Origin: Eledone cirrhosa
Taxonomy: Eukaryota
DNA: 64,000 nt
Assembly (NCBI GenBank): GCA_964016885.1
Contig: OZ024743.1
Span: 48,546,001 to 48,610,000, forward strand
Direction: 5' to 3'
Shown: piece by piece, positions 37,797 through 51,208 of the stretch
Layout of the letters: each line of letters opens with the position of its first letter
Numbering within the stretch: the stretch's first letter is position 1
Position numbers and translations under genes: made by a program
Notes under the pieces: model-generated
What the model was told of the DNA's origin: nothing
The model's database searches: none
What the model saw: the letters and a program-made list of their open reading frames with translations, nothing else

Positions 37797-40700
37797 CATT
37801 CTGTAAAGAGATAGTGTTGGTGCCACAATAAAATATATCTTGCCCATTCTGTAAAGAGATAGTGCTGGTGCCACGATAAAATATATCCTACCCATTCTGT
37901 AAAGAGATAGTGTTGGTGCCACAATAAAATATATCCTACCCATTCTGTAAAGAGATAGTGCTGGTGCCACAATAAAATATATCTTGCCCATTCTGTAAAG
38001 AGATAGTGTTGGTGCCACAATAAAATATATCCTACCCATTCTGTAAAGAGATAGTGCTGGTGCCACAATAAAATATATCTTGCCCATTCTGTAAAGAGAT
38101 AGTGTTGGTGCCACAATAAAATATATCCTACCCATTCTGTAAAGAGATAGTGCTGGTGCCACAATAAAATATATCTTGCCCATTCTGTAAAGAGATAGTG
38201 TTGGTGCCACAATAAAATATATCTCTCCCATTCTGTAAAGAGATAGTGCTGGTGCCACAATAAAATATATCTTGCCCATTCTGTAAAGAGATAGTGTTGG
38301 TGCCACAATAAAATATATCTTGCCCATTCTGTAAAGAGATAGTGCTGGTCCCACAATAAAATATATCCTGCCCATTCTGTAAAGAGATAGTGTTGGTGCC
38401 ACAATAAAATATATCTCTCCCATTCTGTAAAGAGATAGTGCTGGTGCCACAATAAAATATATCTTGCCCATTCTGCAAAGAGATAGTGTTGGTGCCACAA
38501 TAAAATATATCCTACCCATTCTGTAAAGAGATAGTGTTGGTCCCACAATAAAATATATCTTGCCCATTCTGTAAAGAGATAGTGTTGGTGCCACAATAAA
38601 ATATATCCTACCGATTCTGTAAAGAGATAGTGTTGGTCCCACAATAAAATATATCCTGCCCATTCTGTAAAGAGATAGTGTTGGTGCCACAATAAAATAT
38701 ATCTCTCCCATTCTGTAAAGAGATAGTGTTGGTGCCACAATAAAATATATCCTACCCATTCTGTAAAGAGATAGTGTTGGTCCCACAATAAAATATATAT
38801 CTCCCATTCTGTAAAGAGATAGTGCTGGTGCCACAATAAAATATATCTTGCCCATTCTGTAAAGAGATAGTGTTGGTGCCACAATAAAATATATCTTGCC
38901 CATTCTGTAAAGAGATAGTGTTGGTGCCACAATAAAATATATCTTGCCCATTCTGTAAAGAGATAGTGCTGGTGCCACAATAAAATATATCTTGCCCATT
39001 CTGTAAAGAGATAGTGTTGGTGCCACAATAAAATATATCTCTCCCATTCTGTAAAGAGATAGTGCTGGTGCCACAATAAAATATATCTTGCCCATTCTGT
39101 AAAGAGATAGTGTTGGTGCCACAATAAAATATATCTTGCCCATTCTGTAAAGAGATAGTGCTGGTCCCACAATAAAATATATCCTGCCCATTCTGTAAAG
39201 AGATAGTGTTGGTGCCACAATAAAATATATATCTCCCATTCTGTAAAGAGATAGTGCTGGTGCCACAATAAAATATATCTTGCCCATTCTGCAAAGAGAT
39301 AGTGCTGGTGTCACAATAAAATATATCTTGCCCATTCTGTAAAAAGATAGTGCTGGTGCCACAATAAAATATATCCTACCCATTCTGTAAAGAGATAGTG
39401 CTGGTGCCACAATAAAATATATCCTACCCATTCTGTAAAGAGATAGTGTTGGTGCCACAATAAAATATATCTTGCCCATTCTGTAAAGAGATAGTGTTGG
39501 TGCCACAATAAAATATATCTCTCCCATTCTGTAAATAGATAGTGCTGGTGCCACAATAAAATATATCTTGCCCATTCTGCAAAGAGATAGTGCTGGTGTC
39601 ACAATAAAATATATCTTGCCCATTCTGTAAAGAGATAGTGCTGGTGCCACAATAAAATATATCCTACCCATTCTGTAAAGAGATAGTGTTGGTCCCACAA
39701 TAAAATATATCTTGCCCATTCTGTAAAGAGATAGTGTTGGTGCCACAATAAAATATATCCTACCCATTCTGTAAAGAGATAGTGTTGGTGCCACAATAAA
39801 ATATATCCTACCCATTCTGTAAAGAGATAGTGTTGGTCCCACAATAAAATATATCTTGCCCATTCTGTAAAGAGATAGTGTTGGTGCCACAATAAAATAT
39901 ATCCTACCCATTCTGTAAAGAGATAGTGTTGGTGCCACAATAAAATATATCCTACCCATTCTGTAAAGAGATAGTGCTGGTGCCACAATAATATATATCT
40001 CTCCCATTCTGTAAAGAGATAGTGTTGGTCCCACAATAAAATATATCTCTCCCATTCTGTAAAGAGATAGTGCTGGTGCCACAATAAAATATATCTTGCC
40101 CATTCTGTAAAGAGATAGTGTTGGTGCCACAATAAAATATATCTCTCCCATTCTGTAAATAGATAGTGCTGGTGCCACAATAAAATATATCTTGCCCATT
40201 CTGCAAAGAGATAGTGCTGGTGTCACAATAAAATATATCTTGCCCATTCTGTAAAGAGATAGTGCTGGTGCCACAATAAAATATATCCTACCCATTCTGT
40301 AAAGAGATAGTGTTGGTGCCACAATAAAATATATCTTGCCCATTCTGTAAAGAGATAGTGTTGGTGCCACAATAAAATATATCTTGCCCATTCTGTAAAG
40401 AGATAGTGTTGGTGCCACAATAAAATATATCTTGGCCATTCTGTAAAGAGATAGTGCTGGTGCCACAATAAAATATATCCTACCCATTCTGTAAAGAGAT
40501 AGTATTGGTGCCACAATAAAATATATCCTACCCATTCTGTAAAGAGATAGTGTTGGTCCCACAACAAAATATATCTTGTCCATTCTGTAAAGAGATAGTG
40601 TTGGTCCCACAATAAAATATAGCCTACCCATTCTGTAAAGAGATAGTGTTGGTGCCACAATAAAATATATCCTACTCATTCTGTAAAGAGATAGTGTTGG

Positions 40701-43700
40701 TCCCACAATAAAATATATCTTGCCCATTCTGTAAAGAGATAGTGTTGGTGCCACAATAAAATATATCTTGCCCATTCTGTAAAGAGATAGTGCTGGTGCC
40801 ACAATAAAATATATCTTGCCCATTCTGTAAAGAGATAGTGTTGGTGCCACAATAAAATATATCTTGCCCATTCTGTAAAGAGATAGTGTTGGTCCCACAA
40901 TAAAATATATCTCTCCGATTCTGTAAAGAGATAGTGCTGGTGCCACAATAAAATATATCTTGCCCATTCTGTAAAGAGATAGTGTTGGTGCCACAATAAA
41001 ATATATCTTGCCCATTCTGTAAAGAGATAGTGCTGGTCCCACAATAAAATATATCCTGCCCATTCTGTAAAGAGATAGTGTTGGTGCCACAATAAAATAT
41101 ATCTCTCCCATTCTGTAAAGAGATAGTGCTGGTGCCACAATAAAATATATCTTGCCCATTCTGCAAAGAGATAGTGTTGGTGTCACAATAAAATATATCT
41201 TGCCCATTCTGTAAAGAGATAGTGCTGGTGCCACAATAAAATATATCCTACCCATTCTGTAAAGAGATAGTGTTGGTGCCACAATAAAATATATCTTGCC
41301 CATTCTGTAAAGAGATAGTGTTGGTGCCACAATAAAATATATCTTGGCCATTCTGTAAAGAGATAGTGCTGGTGCCACAATAAAATATATCCTACCCATT
41401 CTGTAAAGAGATAGTATTGGTGCCACAATAAAATATATCCTGCCCATTCTGTAAAGAGATAGTGCTGGTGCCACAATAAAATATATCCTACCCATTCTGT
41501 AAAGAGATAGTGTTGGTCCCACAATAAAATATATCTTGCCCATTCTGTAAAGAGATAGTGTTGGTGCCACAATAAAATATATCCTACCCATTCTGTAAAG
41601 AGATAGTGTTGGTTCCACAATAAAATATATTCTACCCATTCTGTAAAGAGATAGTGTTGGTCCCACAATAAAATATATCTTGCCCATTCTGTAAAGAGAT
41701 AGTGTTGGTGCCACAATAAAATATATCTTACCCATTCTGTAAAGAGATAGTGCTGGTGCCACAATAATATATATCTCTCCCATTCTGTAAAGAGATAGTG
41801 TTGGTCCCACAATAAAATATATCTCTCCCATTCTGTAAAGAGATAGTGTTGGTGCCACAATAAAATATATCCTACCCATTCTGTAAAGAGATAGTGCTGG
41901 TGCCACAATAAAATATATCTTGCCCATTCTGTAAAGAGATAGTGTTGGTGCCACAATAAAATATATCTCTCCCATTCTGTAAAGAGATAGTGCTGGTGCC
42001 ACAATAAAATATATCTTGCCCATTCTGTAAAGAGATAGTGTTGGTGCCACAATAAAATATATCTTGCCCATTCTGTAAAGAGATAGTGCTGGTCCCACAA
42101 TAAAATATATCCTGCCCATTCTGTAAAGAGATAGTGTTGGTGCCACAATAAAATATATCTCTCCCATTCTGTAAAGAGATAGTGCTGGTGCCACAATAAA
42201 ATATATCTTGCCCATTCTGCAAAGAGATAGTGTTGGTGCCACAATAAAATATATCCTACCCATTCTGTAAAGAGATAGTGTTGGTCCCACAATAAAATAT
42301 ATCTTGCCCATTCTGTAAAGAGATAGTGTTGGTTCCACAATAAAATATATCCTACCCATTCTGTAAAGAGATAGTGTTGGTGCCACAATAAAATATATCC
42401 TACCCATTCTGTAAAGAGATAGTGCTGGTGCCACAATAATATATATCTCTCCCATTCTGTAAAGAGATAGTGTTGGTCCCACAATAAAATATATCTTGCC
42501 CATTCTGTAAAGAGATAGTGTTGGTGCCACAATAAATTATATCTTGCCCATTCTGTAAAGAGATAGTGTTGGTGCCACAATAAAATATATCTTTCCCATT
42601 CTGTAAAGAGATAGTGCTGGTGCCACAATAAAATATATCTTGCCCATTCTGTAAAGAGATAGTGTTGGTGCCACAATAAAATATATCTTGGCCATTCTGT
42701 AAAGAGATAGTGCTGGTGCCACAATAAAATATATCTTGCCCATTCTGTAAAGAGATAGTGTTGGTCCCACAATAAAATATATCTTGCCCATTCTGTAAAG
42801 AGATAGTGCTGGTCCCACAATAAAATATATCCTGCCCATTCTGTAAAGAGATAGTGTTGGTGCCACAATAAAATATATCTCTCCCATTCTGTAAAGAGAT
42901 AGTGTTGGTGCCACAATAAAATATATCCTACCCATTCTGTAAAGAGATAGTGTTGGTCCCACAATAAAATATATCTTGCCCATTCTGTAAAGAGATAGTG
43001 TTGGTGCCACAATAAAATATATCCTACCCATTCTGTAAAGAGATAGTGTTGGTGCCACAATAAAATATATCCTACCCATTCTGTAAAGAGATAGTGCTGG
43101 TGCCACAATAATATATATCTCTCCCATTCTGTAAAGAGATAGTGTTGGTCCCACAATAAAATATATATCTCCCATTCTGTAAAGAGATAGTGCTGGTGCC
43201 ACAATAAAATATATCTTGCCCATTCTGTAAAGAGATAGTGTTGGTGCCACAATAAAATATATCTTGCCCATTCTGTAAAGAGATAGTGTTGGTGCCACAA
43301 TAAAATATATCTTGCCCATTCTGTAAAGAGATAGTGCTGGTGCCACAATAAAATATATCTTGCCCATTCTGTAAAGAGATAGTGTTGGTCCCACAATAAA
43401 ATATATCCTACCCATTCTGTAAAGAGATAGTGCTGGTGCCACAATAAAATATATCCTACCCATTCTGTAAAGAGATAGTGTTGGTGCCACAATAAAATAT
43501 ATCTTGCCCATTCTGTAAAGAGATAGTGTTGGTGCCACAATAAAATATATCTTGGCCATTCTGTAAAGAGATAGTGCTGGTGCCACAATAAAATATATCC
43601 TACCCATTCTGTAAAGAGATAGTATTGGTGCCACAATAAAATATATCCTGCCCATTCTGTAAAGAGATAGTGCTGGTGCCACAATAAAATATATCCTACC

Positions 43701-46700
43701 CATTCTGTAAAGAGATAGTGTTGGTCCCACAATAAAATATATCTTGCCCATTCTGTAAAGAGATAGTGTTGGTGCCACAATAAAATATATCCTACCCATT
43801 CTGTAAAGAGATAGTGTTGGTTCCACAATAAAATATATCCTACCCATTCTGTAAAGAGATAGTGTTGGTCCCACAATAAAATATATCTTGCCCATTCTGT
43901 AAAGAGATAGTGTTGGTGCCACAATAAAATATATCCTACCCATTCTGTAAAGAGATAGTGCTGGTGCCACAATAATATATATCTCTCCCATTCTGTAAAG
44001 AGATAGTGTTGGTCCCACAATAAAATCTATCTCTCCCATTCTGTAAAGAGATAGTGTTGGTGCCACAATAAAATATATCCTACCCATTCTGTAAAGAGAT
44101 AGTGCTGGTGCCACAATAAAATATATCTTGCCCATTCTGTAAAGAGATAGTGTTGGTGCCACAATAAAATATATCTCTCCCATTCTGTAAAGAGATAGTG
44201 CTGGTGCCACAATAAAATATATCTTGCCCATTCTGTAAAGAGATAGTGTTGGTGCCACAATAAAATATATCTTGCCCATTCTGTAAAGAGATAGTGCTGG
44301 TCCCACAATAAAATATATCCTGCCCATTCTGTAAAGAGATAGTGTTGGTGCCACAATAAAATATATCTCTCCCATTCTGTAAAGAGATAGTGCTGGTGCC
44401 ACAATAAAATATATCTTGCCCATTCTGCAAAGAGATAGTGTTGGTGCCACAATAAAATATATCCTACCCATTCTGTAAAGAGATAGTGTTGGTCCCACAA
44501 TAAAATATATCTTGCCCATTCTGTAAAGAGATAGTGTTGGTTCCACAATAAAATATATCCTACCCATTCTGTAAAGAGATAGTGTTGGTGCCACAATAAA
44601 ATATATCCTACCCATTCTGTAAAGAGATAGTGCTGGTGCCACAATAATATATATCTCTCCCATTCTGTAAAGAGATAGTGTTGGTCCCACAATAAAATAT
44701 ATCTTGCCCATTCTGTAAAGAGATAGTGTTGGTGCCACAATAAAATATATCTTGCCCATTCTGTAAAGAGATAGTGTTGGTGCCACAATAAAATATATCT
44801 TGCCCATTCTGTAAAGAGATAGTGCTGGTGCCACAATAAAATATATCTTGCCCATTCTGTAAAGAGATAGTGTTGGTGCCACAATAAAATATATCTTGGC
44901 CATTCTGTAAAGAGATAGTGCTGGTGCCACAATAAAATATATCTTGCCCATTCTGTAAAGAGATAGTGTTGGTCCCACAATAAAATATATCTTGCCCATT
45001 CTGTAAAGAGATAGTGCTGGTCCCACAATAAAATATATCCTGCCCATTCTGTAAAGAGATAGTGTTGGTGCCACAATAAAATATATCTCTCCCATTCTGT
45101 AAAGAGATAGTGTTGGTGCCACAATAAAATATATCCTACCCATTCTGTAAAGAGATAGTGTTGGTCCCACAATAAAATATATCTTGCCCATTCTGTAAAG
45201 AGATAGTGTTGGTGCCACAATAAAATATATCCTACCCATTCTGTAAAGAGATAGTGCTGGTGCCACAATAATATATATCTCTCCCATTCTGTAAAGAGAT
45301 AGTGTTGGTCCCACAATAAAATATATATCTCCCATTCTGTAAAGAGATAGTGCTGGTGCCACAATAAAATATATCTTGCCCATTCTGTAAAGAGATAGTG
45401 TTGGTGCCACAATAAAATATATCTTGCCCATTCTGTAAAGAGATAGTGTTGGTGCCACAATAAAATATATCTTGCCCATTCTGTAAAGAGATAGTGCTGG
45501 TGCCACAATAAAATATATCTTGCCCATTCTGTAAAGAGATAGTGTTGGTCCCACAATAAAATATATCCTACCCATTCTGTAAAGAGATAGTGTTGGTGCC
45601 ACAATAAAATATATCCTGCTCATTCTGTAAAGAGATAGTGTTGGTGCCACAATAAAATATATCCTACCCATTCTGTAAAGAGATAGTGCTGGTGCCACAA
45701 TAAAATATATCTTCCCCATTCTGTAAAGAGATAGTGCTGGTGCCACAATAAAATATATCCTGCCCATTCTGTAAAGAGATAGTGCTGGTGCCACAATAAA
45801 ATATATCTTGCCCATTCTGTAAAGAGATAGTGCTGGTGCCACAATAAAATATACCTTGCCCATTCTGTAAAGAGATAGTGTTGGTGCCACAATAAAATAT
45901 ATCTCTCCCATTCTGTAAAGAGATAGTGTTGGTGCCACAATAATATATATCCTGCCCATTCTGTAAAGAGATAGTGTTGGTCCCACAATAAAATATATCT
46001 TGCCCATTCTGTAAAGAGATAGTGTTGGTGCCACAATAAAATATATCTTGCCCATTCTGTAAAGAGATAGTGTTGGTGCCACAATAAAATATATCTCTCC
46101 CATTCTGTAAAGAGATAGTGTTGATCCCACAATAAAATATATCTCTCCCATTCTGTAAAGAGATAGTGTTGGTCCCACAATAAAATATATCTTGCCCATT
46201 CTGTAAAGAGATAGTGTTGGTGCCACAATAAAATATATCTTGCCCATTCTGTAAAGAGATAGTGTTGGTGCCACAATAAAATATATCTTGCCCATTCTGT
46301 AAAGAGATAGTATTGGTGCCACAATAAAATATATCTTGCCCATTCTGTAAAGAGATTGTATTGGTGCCACAATAAAATATATCTTGCCCATTTTGTAAAG
46401 AGATAGTGTTGGTGCCACAATAAAATATATCTTGGCCATTCTGTAAAGAGATAGTGCTGGTGCCACAATAAAATATATCTTGCCCATTATGTAAAGAGAT
46501 AGTGTTGGTGCCACAATAAAATATATCTTGCCCATTCTGTAAAGAGATAGTGTTGGTGCCACAATAAAATATATCTTGCCCATTCAGTAAAGAGATAGTG
46601 CTGGTGCCACAATAAAATATATCTTGCCCATTCTGTAAAGAGATAGTGTTGGTGCTACAATAAAATATATCTTGCCCATTCTGTAAAGAGATAGTGTTGG

Positions 46701-47870
46701 TGCCACAATAAAATATATCTTGCCCATTCTGTAAAGAGATAGTGCTGGTGCCACAATAAAATATATCTTGCCCATTCTGTAAAGAGATAGTGCTGGTGCC
46801 ACAATAAAATATATCTTGCCCATTCTGTAAAGAGATAGTGTTGGTGCCACAATAAAATATATCTTGCCCATTCTGTAAAGAGATAGTGTTGGTCCCACAA
46901 TAAAATATATCCTGCCCATTCTGTAAAGAGATAGTGTTGGTGCCACAATAAAATATATCTTGCCCATTCTGTAAAGAGATAGTGTTGGTGCCACAATAAA
47001 ATATATCTTGCCCATTCTGTAAAGAGATAGTGTTGGTCCCACAATAAAATATATCCTACCCATTCTGTAAAGAGATAGTGTTGGTGCCACAATAAAATAT
47101 ATCCTGCTCATTCTGTAAAGAGATAGTGTTGGTGCCACAATAAAATATATCCTACCCATTCTGTAAAGAGATAGTGCTGGTGCCACAATAAAATATATCT
47201 TGCCCATTCTGTAAAGAGATAGTGCTGGTGCCACAATAAAATATATCCTGCCCATTCTGTAAAGAGATAGTGCTGGTGCCACAATAAAATATATCTTGCC
47301 CATTCTGTAAAGAGATAGTGTTGGTGCCACAATAAAATATATCTTGCCCATTCTGTAAAGAGATAGTGTTGGTGCCACAATAAAATATATCTCTCCCATT
47401 CTGTAAAGAGATAGTGTTGGTCCCACAATAATATATATCCTGCCCATTCTGTAAAGAGATAGTGTTGGTCCCACAATAAAATATATCTTGCCCATTCTGT
47501 AAAGAGATAGTGTTGGTGCCACAATAAAATATATCTTGCCCATTCTGTAAAGAGATAGTGTTGGTGCCACAATAAAATATATCTCTCCCATTCTGTAAAG
47601 AGATAGTGTTGGTCCCACAATAAAATATATCTCTCCCATTCTGTAAAGAGATAGTGTTGGTCCCACAATAAAATATATCTTGCCCATTCTGTAAAGAGAT
47701 AGTGTTGGTGCCACAATAAAATATATTTTGCCCATTCTGTAAAGAGATAGTGTTGGTGCCACAATAAAATATATCTTGCCCATTCTGTAAAGAGATAGTG
47801 TTGGTGCCACAATAAAATATATCCTACCCATTCTGTAAAGAGATAGTGCGGGTGCTTCAATAAAATGCAC
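37797..47870. repeat. Satellite/VNTR array, ~210 x 48 bp (CATTCTGTAAAGAGATAGTGYTGGTGCCACAATAAAATATATCTTGCC), in the last B56 intron
   Basis: Exact 48-bp periodicity; lines 240 bp apart start in the same phase from 37801 to 47641. Confidence 0.99.
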
Positions 47871-48168
47871 TCAATTCACCCTAACGTGGTAGTGGTGGCA
47901 TCACAATAAAATGCACAAGGTACATGCTGTAAAGTAGTGCTGGTATTATGATAGAATGCAGCCCAGCCAGTCCACTCTGTAAAATGGTAGTGCTAATTTC
48001 ACAATAAAATGCACCCATTATATTCTGTAAATTGGTTGGAGTTAGAAAGGTCATCCAGCTGGAAAGACTATTCCAAAATGTAATATATGAGCAAGATGTG
48101 ATGATCTGACCTATCCAACCCATGCCAGCATGAAAAACAGGCGTAAAATGATGGTGATGATGATGATA
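47871..48168 (+). mobile_element. Retroposon 3' end contiguous with the satellite (degenerate monomers plus RTE-type tail)
   Basis: About 3 diverged monomers, then ggttggagttagaaaggtcatccagctg...ccaacccatgccagcatg...gatgatgat. Confidence 0.75.
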
Positions 48169-48524
48169 ACTAGAGTAAGAAAGTAAAACAATAGTTTACC
48201 CTACAAGACATGATGTACTTCCTTTCATTTGAAACATGGGACGCCAGCCCCAAAATATCATAAAATATAAGATAAACGTGTAAACTCTTGTTTTGTTCTT
48301 CTTACTTTACTCTACTTTTCCCCCTTGTATTTCTAAAAAATAATCCTAACAACATATTTTACAATGTTTCATTTAAACTATAAAATTGTTTATTTGAAAA
48401 TATTTGTTTGTTTGTTTTTTAAGCTGCCATAATGCAGATGAAATGTAAATAATAGTAAAATAAGTTGGGAATAAATACCTCTGGAGATATAAAAAGTGAA
48501 CAAAACTGCCTGTGGGAATCAAAC

Positions 48525-48655
48525 CACATATGTCATATACTGAACAACTGCATATGTCATATCACCACATATGTCATATAACCACTTATGTCATATCACC
48601 ACATATGTCATATACTGAACGATTGCATATGTCATATCACCACATATGTTATATA
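48525..48655. repeat. Short tandem repeat built on cacatatgtcatat
   Basis: About 7 imperfect copies. Confidence 0.8.
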
Positions 48656-48730
48656 ACAACTGCATTTAACCGTTACACCAATGAACCTCTGGCCACGCCT
48701 TCCCATCATTTTAGAAGATTTACCTGTTTA

Positions 48731-48952
48731 CCCTTTAGCATTTACATTACTCTATATATATATACTATTGTGTTTTCACAGTAAAGTCTTTACCTCAAAT
48801 AATTATTTCAGATAATATCGAATCTATGAGATTTTGGTATTATTTATTTTGAGAACAATACCTCATCAGTATGAGTGGCCAGTTACAGCCAGTTTGAACA
48901 GAAAGAGGTGAGAGAATTCTGGCTGGATATGGCCAGTTTAAATGCTAAAGGG
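48731..48952. mobile_element. piggyBac-like MITE family 1, copy 3 (orientation B)
   Basis: Same TIRs; interior is the reverse complement of copy 1. Confidence 0.8.
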
Positions 48953-49105
48953 TTAAGATAAAAATGTAAAGATTGATGTGTTTACAAAACATTGATGAAA
49001 TTTGAACATGTTTGCTCTATGAAAATTTTAAGTTGTTTCAATTGTTCATTTTTTAAAATATATATATATTTTTTTTCTTTCTTTTTGAAAATTCCTAATG
49101 TGAAG

Positions 49106-49205
49106 GGAGAAAAAAAAAGAGAAGGACAGAGAAGAACTGTGGAGAGAACTGGAGAAACTGGAAGTTAACAACAAGACTAGATTCATCAACAAGACTCCAT
49201 CTTAA
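49106..49205 (+). CDS. PPP2R5: PP2A B56 terminal coding exon (R)EKKKEKDREELWRELEKLEVNNKTRFINKTPS*
   Basis: Phase-2 join with 35078 gives KSERQREKKKEKDREELW, matching the B56 epsilon/alpha C-terminus. AAG acceptor at 49103-49105, TAA at 49203-49205. Not in the ORF track. Confidence 0.9.
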
Positions 49206-49319
49206 CAGCTTGATCACTGGACCTTAGCAACAATGTGGTTTAAGTTTCTTGTGTTTTGGGGAGGGACTGGGGGAGGAGACCACTGTTAAAACTGTGTGAA
49301 AAAAAATAAAGATATAATG

Positions 49320-49359
<40 letters not shown>

Positions 49360-50995
49360 TAATAATAATTATGATAATGATAATAATTGATAACTAAAAT
49401 TTAAAAAAAAAGTAAAACGTAAAATTTTTAAAAAATATAATGGAATAAAATTAAAAGGAAAACACTAGAGGACTGTAGTGCCAAAATTGTACAGCTTTCT
49501 TGTACATAGCCTGTGGAGATGTATGTCTTGGGCGCAGCCACTGTAATTTATTTCTTGGGTGTCATGTAAAGGGCCTGAGCACGTATGCTCCTAGAACTGA
49601 CAGCCATCTTATTCCTGTCAACGGCCTCCCTCCCTCTCTCTCTCTCTCTCTCTCTATCAATCACTATCTCTATCCCCCCCCCCTATATCTCTCTCTCTCC
49701 ATCATCTGCTCCTCTCTATTACATTGCATAGCAATTTACAAAGAAACAGTAATACAAGCACATCCGTATATATATATATAAACAAATATACACTCTTGCA
49801 CACACACAGACATACACACTCACACGCACACAAATATATATAGTAAATGTAAACGTGCAAACATGAACACAAAATAGCAATCAAAAACTGTTGATTGGGG
49901 AAAGAAAGGAAAAAACATTTGCATAAATATTTGAAAACTTTTTTTGAGAATTTTTTCTTCTCTCTCTCTCTTTCTCCCTCTTTCTCTCTCTACTTTTTTC
50001 TACTATGACTTCTCCTTCTCTTCTTTAGTTTGATTGGCAACCTTTATCCAGTCTGGAAAAAGATTTTAATCTGAATAAAATATGTATTTAAACTGCTTTT
50101 CCTGTGTGTGTGTGTGTCTCTCTCTCTCATTCTCTCTCTGCCTCTATTTCTCTCGTAGGTTTTTTCATTTTTTTTTTCTTTACAGCAACTTATATAACAG
50201 ATTAATTAGACAATGGGTCATTATACAACAGATTAATTAGACAATGGGTCATTATATTTCAGTGAATATTATTCAAAGTATTTCTTATTGAAAAATACAT
50301 ATTTAACTTCCATTTAAAAAAAAAATCCCCAATAACTACTGCAACAAGCTAAAAAGAAGGCGTCCTCAGTACTGTATATCTCACTTATATTTATTTTGCT
50401 TAAATTATACTCTCTCTCTCTCTCTCCTTATTGATAAAAAAATCCTTTTATTTTTCAAAAAACTTTTACTTATATACATAGTTTAGTTTAAAACCTGCTA
50501 ATTAAATCAGTGGCACACACACACACAGGTACTTGAATGGTACATATTTACCTAATTTTATTATTATTATTATTATTATTGCATATAAGATTCAGTTACT
50601 TTTCAAAATTTTAAACATAACGTGAGCAGATATATGTGTGTGTGTGTTTATATATATATATATGTGCGTGTGTGAAACTGATATTTAAAAAGAAATAGGC
50701 TTTAGATTCTGATGATTGAAACCTTTGACCCCATTTTAATTGATGGCTTGGGGATGGTGGGGTCACTTCATATATGCCTCTAATGCTTATTCCGGATAAA
50801 GACGTGGGAGTGGGGGGGGGGGGGGTTCAATTACTTCCTATATGCCTCTAATGCTTATTATTAAGAAAGGCATGCACATCACATAATCTCATCCATTAAA
50901 TCACTAATGGCTTTGTGCCTCACAAACCTATATTTCTTTTCTTCTGTTCTTCTTTCTCCTTCTCTCATTCCCTTTTTAAATGGATGTGACATTAA

Positions 50996-51208
50996 CCTTT
51001 TAGCATTTAATCCAGCCAGAATTCTCTCACCTCTTTCTGTTCTAACCAGCTGTAACTGGCCACGCATACTGATGTTAAGGTATTGTTTTCAAAATAAATA
51101 ACACCAAAATCTCATAGATTCGATATTATGTGAAATAATTATGTGAGGTAAAGCCTTTACTGTGAAAATACAATAGTATATATATAGAGTAATGTAAATG
51201 CTAAAGGG
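50996..51208. mobile_element. piggyBac-like MITE family 1, copy 4 (orientation A)
   Basis: TTAA-flanked TIRs; interior as in copy 1. Confidence 0.8.

Noticed and set aside
37740-47870. Giant minus-strand ORFs (1596, 1348, 945 aa etc.) of 16-aa repeats
   Set aside because: Expected from a 48-bp monomer that lacks a stop in those frames. Several frames are open at once, variants are mostly non-synonymous, the ORFs are antisense in an intron, and the unit derives from a non-coding retroposon region.
37797-47870. CRISPR-like array
   Set aside because: No unique spacers, only point variants of one monomer; eukaryotic context and no cas genes.
35079-49105. U12-type intron (TTCCTAAT near the 3' end, no adjacent pyrimidine tract)
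   Set aside because: The donor is GTAAAT, not the U12 consensus GTATCCTT.
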